Positions 39,437 to 50,471 of a stretch of DNA of 64,000 nt are shown in pieces; within the stretch, counting starts at the first letter, position 1, and every line of letters begins with the position of its first letter. The notes under the pieces were generated by a model, which was not told where the DNA came from, ran no database searches, and was given only the letters and a program-made list of their open reading frames with translations. The position numbers were made by a program, and so were the translations under genes. Source of the stretch: an uncultured Acidimicrobiia bacterium (lineage in GTDB: Bacteria > Actinomycetota > Acidimicrobiia > Spongiisociales > JAENVV01); the NCBI GenBank assembly GCA_963698385.1, contig CAVOQP010000009.1:42500-106499 (forward strand), read 5' to 3'.

Positions 39437-40465
39437 TCAGGTAGCGACGAGGTGGCGGACGAATCCGAAGAGACCGCGCTCGGTGACTGCCCGATCGACG
39501 AGCGCCCGCTCGCGGTCGGTGAGGTCGGCCCGGGGCCGGCCGCCATACCCTGACACGAACCCGACCAGGACGGCCACTCCCAGGTCGGGGAGGTGGCCGA
39601 CCGACTCCTCGATCGCAACGTCGTCCACGCCGTGCCATGCGAGGTGGCTCCCGTAGGCGTGGACGAGGCGCCTGGCCACCGGCAGGTCGACGGTGACATC
39701 GATCTGCTCGGCGAGGAGTCGGGCGAGGTCATACGTGCCCGGCCCCAGCGATGCCGACTGCCAGTCGAGCCAGTACGCAACACCCTTGCGGAAGATCACG
39801 TTGTCGAGGTGGGCATCGGCGTGAATGAGGGTCGGGCTGAGCCCGGCGAGCCCGGCAAAGCGGTCCTCGAGACCGTCGTTCATCCCCCGTAGAAGACCGG
39901 GGACCCATCCTGGGGCGTCGGTCGCATGCTCGGTGAGGAAGGAGTCGACCAGGCCGCGGTAGCGGTCGGAGCGGCGCTTGTGTGGGCGGCTCACAGTGGC
40001 TGTCCCCTGCCCCCATCGGGGTAGCCACGCCAGCTTTTCGAGGGATTCGGGGTCGCGGAACGTCGAGTGGAGGACGGCGAGGTCGTGCACGAGCGTTTCA
40101 AGACGGTCCGGGCCGGCATCGTCGACGCCGTACTGGTCGCCGGAGACGGCGGCGAGGACGAGCGCGGATCGGTGGGTAGAGATCTCGACCTCCGAGCTGA
40201 GGATGCGTGCGGAGTGGATGGGGAGTGCCACGGTCTCGAGAAGGCGGATCTCGCGGAGGGAGCGCTGCCACTGGTCGGGGCGCGGGAGTTTGACGACGAG
40301 CTGCTTGGAGCCCTCGGCGAGTTGGGCCTCGACCGCGAAGACCTGCCCCGTCTCGCCGGGCCGTTCTGCGATGCGGCGCGCCTCAACCGAACACACGGCG
40401 GCGTTCGGGAGCATCGAGGAGAGCCACTCGACGGTGATCTCGTTGGCGTTGGTGGGGATGGGCAT
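39437..40465 (-). CDS. APH/choline-kinase-like phosphotransferase
   Basis: LVVKLP, TLIHADAHLDNVIF, LDWQ, YDLA. Confidence 0.82.
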   Translation of the reverse strand: MPIPTNANEITVEWLSSMLPNAAVCSVEARRIAERPGETGQVFAVEAQLAEGSKQLVVKLPRPDQWQRSLREIRLLETVALPIHSARILSSEVEISTHRSALVLAAVSGDQYGVDDAGPDRLETLVHDLAVLHSTFRDPESLEKLAWLPRWGQGTATVSRPHKRRSDRYRGLVDSFLTEHATDAPGWVPGLLRGMNDGLEDRFAGLAGLSPTLIHADAHLDNVIFRKGVAYWLDWQSASLGPGTYDLARLLAEQIDVTVDLPVARRLVHAYGSHLAWHGVDDVAIEESVGHLPDLGVAVLVGFVSGYGGRPRADLTDRERALVDRAVTERGLFGFVRHLVAT

Positions 40466-40578
40466 CAGGAAGGGGCGTCTCTCCGAGGGACATGCTCGTC
40501 GGCAGCCCACCATGTCGGCCGGGCCGGGCCCGATTCTGCCTGCTTCTCGGGGGTAGGGCACTCCGCGGGACGGGGAGA

Positions 40579-40690
40579 GAGGTGGGAGGTGCAAGGTGCG
40601 AGGTGCGAGGAGCGGCTCGGGACCTGGGACTCGGCTCTTGGGACTCGGCTCTTGGGACTCGGGACTCTTGGGACTCGGGACTTGGGACTT
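40579..40690. repeat. Degenerate heptamer arrays (GAGGTGC-type then GGGACTC-type)
   Basis: 7-bp periodicity read directly from the sequence. Confidence 0.85.
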
Positions 40691-40692
40691 CC

Positions 40693-41370
40693 CTACGGCA
40701 CGTACTGCTCGGCCATCTCCGTGACCACGCCGTTGTTGATGAACAGCCAGGCCAGGCAGTACGGCTCGTACCCGGAGTCGAAGTCACAGTTGAGGTAGTC
40801 CGTGAGGCCGCCCCAGTCGCCGAAGGTCATGACCACATAGGGATCCCCGCTCGTGTTCTTCTCCGTGTAGTCGAGATGTGCCACCGCGGTTCCCGGGGAG
40901 ATGGTGATCGTTCGCACCTGTTCGGAGTCGTTGGTGATGTAGTAGTCGTTGGGGACGGGAACCTCCGCCGCGCCACGCTGGCGGGCGATCTCGTTGGCGC
41001 GCTCGCCGGACCACCAGCACGCGAGGTCGAATTGGATCTCGATGTCGGAGCGATCCACGACGAAGCCGAACCAGACGCCGTCGGGAAGAGCGTCCGTGCC
41101 TGGGGCACACCCGGATCCGCCCGCGCCGTCGGAGCCCGGAAGGGGCGCCGGGCCGTACCCCAGGGCCTCGCTGTTGAACGGGCCAGGCGGGTACTCCGTT
41201 GTCGCTGGAGCCATCTCGGTCGAAGTCGTGGGGTCGAAGGCAGTCGATGGGTTGGTCGAGGTGGTCGCGGGCGTCGGGAGCGTCGTGAGAGGAGCCTCGG
41301 TGACAGACGGCGATGTCGTGGAGCACGCCGTCAGTACGAGGAGGAGGAGGAAGGGCGCGGATGTCTTCAT
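40693..41370 (-). CDS. Hypothetical lipoprotein
   Basis: MKTSAPFLLLLVLTAC lipobox, Thr/Pro linker, Cys-containing globular domain. Confidence 0.75.
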   Translation of the reverse strand: MKTSAPFLLLLVLTACSTTSPSVTEAPLTTLPTPATTSTNPSTAFDPTTSTEMAPATTEYPPGPFNSEALGYGPAPLPGSDGAGGSGCAPGTDALPDGVWFGFVVDRSDIEIQFDLACWWSGERANEIARQRGAAEVPVPNDYYITNDSEQVRTITISPGTAVAHLDYTEKNTSGDPYVVMTFGDWGGLTDYLNCDFDSGYEPYCLAWLFINNGVVTEMAEQYVP

Positions 41371-41502
41371 GGGTGTTGGACGAAGTATCGCTACCGGCGG
41401 TTCCCACCCGCTCGCCGGAGGGTCGAATCTTGAGTGATCCCTCAAACGGGCGCGGTGGTTCGCGCCTACACTCGGGCATCCGCTCGAACCAGGAGAGAAG
41501 TC

Positions 41503-42681
41503 ATGCGCCGTGCCGTCATCATTGACGCCGTTCGAACCCCGATGGGTCGCCGGAATGGCAAGCTGAAGGATTTCCACCCGGTTGACCTCGCGACCATCCC
41601 TCTCAAGGCGCTCATGGCCCGCAACGACCTCGACCCGGCCCGGATCGACGACATCATCATGGGCTGTGTCATGCAGACGGGCGAACAGGCCAACAACGTG
41701 GGCCGCAACGCCGCCCTCGCGGCCGGGTTCCCCGAGACCGTGACCGGGACCACGATCGACCGGCAATGCGGCTCCTCCCAGCAGTCGGCGCACTTCGCCG
41801 CTCAAGGTGTCATGGCAGGGGCATACGACATCGTCGTGGCAGCCGGGGTCGAGTCGATGAGCCGGATCCCAATGGGGATCACCTCCGTGCAGGGCCCGGG
41901 CAGGCCGTTCGGGCCGATGATGGCCGAGCGGTACGACCACAACCTCGTCCCACAGGGCATCTCTGCCCAGATGATCGCCGACAAGTGGGGGATCTCCCGC
42001 GAGGAGCAGGATGAACTCGCCCTCGAGTCGCACCGCCGGGCCGCCCGTGCCACCGAGGAGGGCCGTTTCGACACCCAGGTCATCCCCGTCGAGGTGCTGC
42101 TGGAGGACGGGACGACCGAGCTCCTGAGCAAGGACGAGGGGATCCGCTACGGCACCACCCTCGAGAAGCTCGCATCGCTCCAACCTGCTTTCGACCCGTC
42201 GCACACGATCACCGCTGGGAACGCCTCGCAGATCACCGATGGCTCGGCTGCGATGCTCATCATGGGAGAGGACACCGCCGAGGAGTTGGGGCTCGAGCCA
42301 ATGGCCGCCTTCAAGGCGTTCTCGCTCGCAGGAGCCGACCCGGTGATGATGCTCACCGCCCCGATCCCTGCCACCGAAAAGGCCCTCCAGCGGGCCGGGA
42401 TGTCGATCGACGACATCGACCTCTTCGAGATCAACGAGGCGTTTGCGGTCGTGCCGATCGCCTGGCGGATGGAGATGGGCGGCGCGGATCCCATGGCGCT
42501 GTGGGAGCGCACCAACGTGAACGGTGGCGCGGTCGCGCTCGGTCACCCCCTTGGCGCCTCGGGTGCCCGCCTCATGACGACGCTCGTCCACGAGATGGCT
42601 CGTTCCGGCGCCCGGTTCGGGTTCCAGTCGATGTGCGAGGGCGGCGGCATGGCGAACGGGACGATCCTCGAGCGGGTGTAG
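41503..42681 (+). CDS. Acetyl-CoA C-acyltransferase (thiolase)
   Basis: DAVRTPMG, TIDRQCGSSQQ, NEAF, GHPLGASGAR, SMCEGGG. Confidence 0.95.
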   Translation: MRRAVIIDAVRTPMGRRNGKLKDFHPVDLATIPLKALMARNDLDPARIDDIIMGCVMQTGEQANNVGRNAALAAGFPETVTGTTIDRQCGSSQQSAHFAAQGVMAGAYDIVVAAGVESMSRIPMGITSVQGPGRPFGPMMAERYDHNLVPQGISAQMIADKWGISREEQDELALESHRRAARATEEGRFDTQVIPVEVLLEDGTTELLSKDEGIRYGTTLEKLASLQPAFDPSHTITAGNASQITDGSAAMLIMGEDTAEELGLEPMAAFKAFSLAGADPVMMLTAPIPATEKALQRAGMSIDDIDLFEINEAFAVVPIAWRMEMGGADPMALWERTNVNGGAVALGHPLGASGARLMTTLVHEMARSGARFGFQSMCEGGGMANGTILERV

Positions 42682-42719
42682 CCCTCGGTCGAGTTGGAAG
42701 GGAGCGGTACGCTCTCCCC

Positions 42720-42968
42720 ATGACCGTCGTCAACGTCCTCATCGCGGTGGTGATGGCCGTCGTGATCTGGAAGACGGTGATCTTCTTCCTCCGGATGCTG
42801 GCGTCACCGCCGGAGGAGATCGACCCCGACCACGCCGAGGAGACGCTCGCCCATTACCGGTGCCAGGTGTGTGGGACCGAGGTCACGATGACGATGGAGA
42901 ACGACGAGCAGATGGGCGCGCTCCGGCACTGCCGGGAGGAGATGGTGTTGGTCTGGCGCCCCGAATAA
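42720..42968 (+). CDS. Small membrane-anchored protein with a putative metal-binding CxxC...HC motif
   Basis: N-terminal TM; YRCQVCGTEV...RHCREEM; TACGCT-N6-ATG. Confidence 0.65.
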   Translation: MTVVNVLIAVVMAVVIWKTVIFFLRMLASPPEEIDPDHAEETLAHYRCQVCGTEVTMTMENDEQMGALRHCREEMVLVWRPE

Positions 42969-43035
42969 GGAGCGTCGAGATCGAAGCGTCAAACGTCAGG
43001 GAGTTCTTGTCTCCTGACGCTTGTCTCGTGACGCT

Positions 43036-43275
43036 CTAGCGATACCCCATCGTCATGAACATGCCAACCGCCAGTGAGGCGAGGCCGGGCAGGAGCCATG
43101 TGTTGGGCAGTTGGAAGATGTAGGTCGCGATGACGGTGACCACCCCGAGGGCCATGAGCCCGAACATCACCGGCGCGTACCAGCCGGGGGACTCGGCGGC
43201 GGAGGGCTTGGCCTCTATCTGGGCGGTCGTCTGCTGACGCTCCTGGACCTTCTTGCGCTTCTTTGACACGGGCAT
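43036..43275 (-). CDS. crgA: Cell division protein CrgA
   Basis: MPVSKKRK, SPGWYAPVMFGLMALG, two TMs; divergent from pabA as in actinobacteria. Confidence 0.85.
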   Translation of the reverse strand: MPVSKKRKKVQERQQTTAQIEAKPSAAESPGWYAPVMFGLMALGVVTVIATYIFQLPNTWLLPGLASLAVGMFMTMGYR

Positions 43276-43330
43276 GGAGGCGGAGTTTAGCGCCATCGTC
43301 GGCTCGTGCCCGATGGCCTACGATGGCCGG

Positions 43331-43903
43331 GTGCGTGTGCTCGTCATCGACAACTACGACTCGTTCACTTTCAACCTGGTCCAGTACCTCGGGGAGTTGG
43401 GAGCGACACCCGTCGTGCTCCGCAACGACCAACTCCCGGTGGGAGAGGTGGACGTCGATGCGTATGACGCGCTTGTGATCTCGCCCGGTCCGGGCACGCC
43501 TCGGGATGCCGGCTACTCAGCCGACTACCTCGAGGCGTTCGGCGTGGCCGCGACCAAGCCCGTGCTCGGTGTCTGCCTCGGCCACCAGGTCATGATCGAG
43601 CACTTCGGGGGGCGGGTGGGGCATGCCGAGGTGGTGCGGCATGGGAAGACGTCCGAGATCGCCCATGACGGATCAGGTGTGTTCGCCGGCCTGCCCAATC
43701 CGATGACAGCCACCCGCTACCACTCACTCACCGGTATCGACCTTCCCGATGGATTGGAGGTGGTGGCCCGAGCCGAGGACGATGAGACCGTCCAAGGCGT
43801 GCGGCACCACGAGCTCCCGATCCACGGTGTGCAGTTCCACCCCGAGTCGGTCCTGACGGTCGCCGGCAAGGACCTCCTCGCCAACTTCCTCCGCCTCGCC
43901 TGA
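43331..43903 (+). CDS. pabA: Aminodeoxychorismate/anthranilate synthase component II (PabA/TrpG)
   Basis: IDNYDSFTFNLVQY, ISPGPG, GVCLGHQ, TRYHSL, GVQFHPES. PabA versus TrpG cannot be resolved from sequence. Confidence 0.88.
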   Translation: MRVLVIDNYDSFTFNLVQYLGELGATPVVLRNDQLPVGEVDVDAYDALVISPGPGTPRDAGYSADYLEAFGVAATKPVLGVCLGHQVMIEHFGGRVGHAEVVRHGKTSEIAHDGSGVFAGLPNPMTATRYHSLTGIDLPDGLEVVARAEDDETVQGVRHHELPIHGVQFHPESVLTVAGKDLLANFLRLA

Positions 43904-43947
43904 CCGCGGCCCAGGCGGCGAACCCAGGGTTCGAGACCACCCTTCTG

Positions 43948-44001
43948 GGCGTTCTGTGGGCCCCAGACCACCTGGAGGTGGTCCCCAGCCCAGAGAACGC
44001 C
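43948..44001. terminator. Nested hairpin between convergent pabA and aminotransferase genes
   Basis: GGCGTTCTGTGGGC / GCCCAGAGAACGCC outer stem (13/14) and inner GACCACC / GGTGGTC stem. Confidence 0.5.
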
Positions 44002-44008
44002 TCGATCC

Positions 44009-45319
44009 CTAGCCGAGCGCCTCGACGAGGGAGTCCTCGAAGGCCTGCAGCGTCACTGCGATGTCCTCATCGGTGTGGGCGGCGGACATGAAGAAGGGCT
44101 CTGCGGCATCATCGACCGGGAGCACCCCGCGACCGATCATCCCCATCACCACTTCAAAGTAGAGCGCATCATTGTGGCCGGCCTTGTGTCGGAACTCGGT
44201 GGGGCGTTCCTCGCCGAAGAACACACCGACCATCGACGGGTGGCCGACGATGTGGGCGGGGAGGCCATGCGCCTTGCAGATGGCATCGAGGCCATCCATG
44301 AGCATTCCGCCGACCCGTTCGATCGTCCTGAAGGCCTCTCCGTCGGAGAGCAGGCCGATGGTCGCCGCCGCGGCCGCGGCGGCCACCCCGTTGCCGGAAT
44401 AGGTGCCTGCCTGCGTGATGCCGCCCTCGGCCCACGCGTTCATGATCTCCCGTTTGCCACCGATGGCGGCCACAGGAAAACCGTTCCCCATCGACTTGGC
44501 GAACGTACCGAGGTCGGGGGTGACCCCGAACACTTCCTGGGCTCCGCCGAGGGCCATCCGGAAGCCGGTCTTGACCTCGTCGAAGATGAGGAGGGTGCCG
44601 TACTCGTCGCAGATGCGCCGCAATCCTTCGAGGTAGCCGGGTTCGGGCATGATCCCGAAGCAGTTGCCCATCATGGGTTCGATGAGCATTGCCGAGATCC
44701 GGTGGCCGTCGCGCCGGAACAGCTTCTCCATCTCCTCGAGGTCGTTGAACGGAACGATGCGGACGTAGTCGCGGATGGTGGAGGGGATACCGGACGAGGC
44801 CTGGACGGGGATCGGGTCATGCCGAGACCCCAAACTGCCCAATGCCGTCCCCGAGGTGGAGAAGAGGACGTAGTCGTGCGCCCCGTGGTAGCAGCCCTCG
44901 AACTTCATGAAGAGCTCACGCCCCGTGTATCCGCGGGCGAGTCGGAGAGCGTGCATCGTCGCTTCGGTCCCGGTGTTCGTGAAGCGCATCGCCTCGACGT
45001 AGCCGACGGCCTCGATGACCTTCTCTGCCGCCTCGATCTCTCTCCCGGTGGTCATGGCGAACGTGGTGCCGGCCCGGGCAGCCTCGGCGACCGCTTCGGC
45101 CACCACCGGGTGGCCATGGCCGAGGATGACCGGTCCGAAGCCGAGTTGATAGTCGATGTACTTGGCGCCGTCCATGTCGAACACGTAGGCGCCCTCGCCC
45201 CGGTCGATCACGAGCGTGTCGTCGTCGCCCCAATAGCGGAAGCCACTGGAGACGCCGTTCACGAGCGCCTTCTTACCCCTGTCGAACCATTCCCCGGTTC
45301 GTTCGCCCTGCAATCCCAT
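44009..45319 (-). CDS. Class III PLP aminotransferase, glutamate-1-semialdehyde aminomutase (HemL)-like
   Basis: YIDYQLGFGPVILGH, NTGTEATMHALRLARG, FEGCYHG, LIFDEVKTGFR, GTFAKSMGNGFP. Confidence 0.8.
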   Translation of the reverse strand: MGLQGERTGEWFDRGKKALVNGVSSGFRYWGDDDTLVIDRGEGAYVFDMDGAKYIDYQLGFGPVILGHGHPVVAEAVAEAARAGTTFAMTTGREIEAAEKVIEAVGYVEAMRFTNTGTEATMHALRLARGYTGRELFMKFEGCYHGAHDYVLFSTSGTALGSLGSRHDPIPVQASSGIPSTIRDYVRIVPFNDLEEMEKLFRRDGHRISAMLIEPMMGNCFGIMPEPGYLEGLRRICDEYGTLLIFDEVKTGFRMALGGAQEVFGVTPDLGTFAKSMGNGFPVAAIGGKREIMNAWAEGGITQAGTYSGNGVAAAAAAATIGLLSDGEAFRTIERVGGMLMDGLDAICKAHGLPAHIVGHPSMVGVFFGEERPTEFRHKAGHNDALYFEVVMGMIGRGVLPVDDAAEPFFMSAAHTDEDIAVTLQAFEDSLVEALG

Positions 45320-45494
45320 GGTGGGACTCCTTCTTCTCGTGTGGCCCGATGCCACCAATCAGTACGGCCTTGTCTCACGGACGTGAGTGGATCCGATCAG
45401 GAAGGTCTCACCCCTTCCAAGGTGACGCGGCGAACTGCTCTCGGGAAGGTACCACAGGCCGCGAGCAGCGTGCCAGCCAGGGAACGGGCCGATG

Positions 45495-47712
<2,218 letters not shown>

Positions 47713-47720
<8 letters not shown>

Positions 47721-48399
47721 GCGCCGGTTCCATGCTCTCCACGAAGCTCCGGATCATGACGAGTCCGTCGGCCGAGCGGAGGATCTCCTCCACTGCCCGC
47801 TCAGGGTGGGGCATGATCCCTGCCACATTGCCCGCCTCGTTGGAAATGGCTGCGATGTTGCCCAGCGATCCGTTCGGATTGGTGTCGTCGGAGACCTCGC
47901 CGTTGGCGTCGGAGTAACGGGCGAGGACCTTGCCATTCATGGTCGCAGGGTCGGAGACTGTGAAGTTCCCCTCGTACGAGTTGAGGGGGATGTTGAGTAC
48001 CTGGCCGACCTCCGCCGCGCGAGTCAGGATGGAGTCGGTCGTCTCCACCCGGACGTGGATCGGCCGGCAGATGAAGGTGAGGTCGCGGTTCTGGTGGAGT
48101 GCGCCCGGGAGCATGTGGGCTTCGCACAGGACCTGGAAGCCGTTGCAGATCCCAAGTACCGGCGCCCCCTCGTCCGCGCGTCGTTTCACCTCGGCCATGA
48201 TGGGTGAGAACCGGGCGATCGCACCCGTGCGGAGCGCGTCGCCGTGGGCGAACCCGCCAGGGAGCACGATACCGTCGAACTCCGAGAGGTCCGTTTCGCG
48301 ATGCCACACCAACTCGGCGTCGGCGCCGGCTATCCCGAGCGCCCAGACCACGTCGTGCTCGCAGTTCGTCCCCGGGTAGACGACGACGGCCGCCTTCAT
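47713..48399 (-). CDS. purQ: FGAM synthase glutaminase subunit PurQ
   Basis: PGTNCE, LPGGFAHGD, GICNGFQ, MPHPER. Confidence 0.96.
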
Positions 48400-48638
48400 G
48401 CCTCCACCCGAACCTCGAAGTCATCCATCACCGGGTTGGCGAGCAGTCGTTCGCACATCTCCGTGACTCGGCGCTCGATGTCGGCCGGATCATCTCCCTC
48501 GATGTCGAGTTGGATCTCCTTGTTGATCCTGACCCGAGCCACACCACCGAACCCCATGTCGGAGAGCGCTCGTGAGACCGTCGCTCCCTGCGGATCGGAG
48601 ATCTCGGGGCGTCGTCGTACCACCACGGTCACCTTCAT
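48396..48638 (-). CDS. purS: FGAM synthase subunit PurS
   Basis: DPQGATV, MCERLLANPVMDDF. Confidence 0.95.
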   Translation of the reverse strand: MKVTVVVRRRPEISDPQGATVSRALSDMGFGGVARVRINKEIQLDIEGDDPADIERRVTEMCERLLANPVMDDFEVRVEA

Positions 48639-49504
48639 GTCTGCTCCAGGTAGTCGTCGAAACTCTTGCCCGTGATCAACTCGTAGGCCTCGACGTAACG
48701 GGCACGAGTACCTGCGATGACGTCAGCGGGAAGCCTGGGCGCAGGTGGCGTGTGATCCCACCCGGTCGAGTCGAGCCAGTCACGGACGAACTGCTTGTCG
48801 AACGACGGCACGGGCTTCCCGGGCTGCCATTCGTCGACGGGCCAGTAGCGGGAGGAGTCGGGGGTGAGGACCTCGTCGATGAGGATCACTTCCCCGTCGA
48901 CGATGCCGAACTCGAACTTGGTGTCGGCGAGGATCACGCCCCGCTCCGCGGCCGCGGCGGCGCCCCGCGTGTAGATCGAGAGCGAGAGGTCTCGGAGCTG
49001 TTCGTAGCGGCTGTTGCCGAGCAGTTCCCGAGTACGTTCCTCGGTGATGTTCTCGTCGTGGCCGGAGGTGGCCTTGGTGGCGGGGGTGAAGATCGGCTCC
49101 GGGAGCTTGTCGGCCATGCGGAGGCCAGCCGGGAGATGCTCGGTCGTGGGACCGCCGCCGTCCCGGTACTCCCGCCACGAAGACCCGTACAGGTAGCCGC
49201 GGATGACGCACTCCACCGGGATGACATCGGCTTTCCGCACGATCATCGAACGGCCGGGGTAGTCGAGCTCGTCGCGATCCGCGATGGCGGTGAGATCGGT
49301 CGAGAGGAAGTGGTTGGGGACGTCGAGGAGGTCGAACCAATGCAGGGAGAGACCGGTCAGCACCTTGCCCTTGTCGGGGATCGGATCGTCGAGGATGACG
49401 TCGTACGCGGAGATGCGATCGGTGGCGACGAAGAGGAGCCGATCGGCGTCGACCTCGTAGATCTCGCGGACCTTCCCGGAGGCGATATGCGGTAGTGCCG
49501 GCAC
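48635..49504 (-). CDS. purC: SAICAR synthetase
   Basis: SGKVREIY, ATDRISAYD, KGKVLT, ILADTKFEFG, DEVLTPDSSR, SFDKQFVRDW. Start moved to GTG 49504. Confidence 0.95.
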   Translation of the reverse strand: MPALPHIASGKVREIYEVDADRLLFVATDRISAYDVILDDPIPDKGKVLTGLSLHWFDLLDVPNHFLSTDLTAIADRDELDYPGRSMIVRKADVIPVECVIRGYLYGSSWREYRDGGGPTTEHLPAGLRMADKLPEPIFTPATKATSGHDENITEERTRELLGNSRYEQLRDLSLSIYTRGAAAAAERGVILADTKFEFGIVDGEVILIDEVLTPDSSRYWPVDEWQPGKPVPSFDKQFVRDWLDSTGWDHTPPAPRLPADVIAGTRARYVEAYELITGKSFDDYLEQT

Positions 49505-49523
49505 GGATGGCGATGGTAGTAGG

Positions 49524-49627
49524 AGGAGCGAGGAGCAAGGTGGGGAGAACGAGGAGGTCGAGGTACGAGTACGAGGAGCGAAGGACCGAGGAGGAAGGCG
49601 TTCGTCGTCCGTCGTCCGTCGTCCGTC
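49524..49627. repeat. Heptamer arrays (AGGAGCG-type; (CGTCGTC)x3 at 49603-49623) between yjjW and purC
   Basis: Read directly from the sequence. Confidence 0.8.
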
Positions 49628-49631
49628 CTTC

Positions 49632-50471
49632 CTACACCACCCGCACCTCGATCCCGCGTTCTCGGAACACGGCGGCCGCGGACTCGAGGGCGTCCGGGCC
49701 TGCCTCGTCGAATTCGGGATCATCCACGCCGTGGTGTCGGACGCCGATGAGTTTGAGCGGGGCCCCGAGTGGAGCGAGCCAGTCGGCCATGGCGGCGAGT
49801 GACTTGGGGTGGTCGTTCCAGCCGGGGACGAGCACCAGGCGGACCTCGGTCAGCAGGTCGAGGGCGGCGAGGTGACGGGCGGAGTCGAGCACCTGCTCGT
49901 TGCCCGACCCGGTGAGGCGACGGTGCTCGTCGTCGTCCCAGGCCTTGAGGTCGAGCATGACGCCGTCGATGGTCGGGTGGAGGCGGTCCCAGATGTCGAT
50001 GCTCGTCACCCCGTTGGAGTCGATGAGGATCGTCTTGTTGGCAAATGACGGGTCGGCCTTCAGGGCGGTGGTGAGCGAGACGAGGAAGTCGGGTTGCACA
50101 GTCGCTTCGCCTCCGGAGATGGTCACCCCGGAGGTGAAGGGGGCGGACGGCCGCAATCGATCGATCAGTTCTTCGGCGGTGACGGTCTCGGCGAGCGGGG
50201 TGGAGGACTCGGGACACACCTCGATACAGATGGCACAGCGCGTGCACTTCGGCCACTCGACGGTGACCTTCCCATCGACCCAGGAGAGGGCGTCCTCAGG
50301 GCACGGCTCGATGCAATCCCCGCAGTGGGTGCACAAGCCGATCGTGTACGGGTTGTGGCAGTACACGCAAGAGAGGTTGCAGCCCTGCAGGAAGACGACC
50401 GATCGATTGCCCGGCCCGTCGACGCTGCTGAAGGGCAGGACGTTATTGAGGAGCCCGCGCACCGAGTTCAT
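49632..50471 (-). CDS. yjjW: YjjW-family glycyl-radical enzyme activase (radical SAM)
   Basis: SVDGPGNRSVVFLQGCNLSCVYCHNP (CX3CX2C); ferredoxin insert CTHCGDCIEPC / CTRCAICIEVC; ISGGEAT. Confidence 0.9.
   Translation of the reverse strand: MNSVRGLLNNVLPFSSVDGPGNRSVVFLQGCNLSCVYCHNPYTIGLCTHCGDCIEPCPEDALSWVDGKVTVEWPKCTRCAICIEVCPESSTPLAETVTAEELIDRLRPSAPFTSGVTISGGEATVQPDFLVSLTTALKADPSFANKTILIDSNGVTSIDIWDRLHPTIDGVMLDLKAWDDDEHRRLTGSGNEQVLDSARHLAALDLLTEVRLVLVPGWNDHPKSLAAMADWLAPLGAPLKLIGVRHHGVDDPEFDEAGPDALESAAAVFRERGIEVRVV

Noticed and set aside
40693-42591. 632-aa minus-strand ORF as a single protein
   Set aside because: Its first ~400 aa are the antisense of the thiolase; the real lipoprotein starts at 41370.
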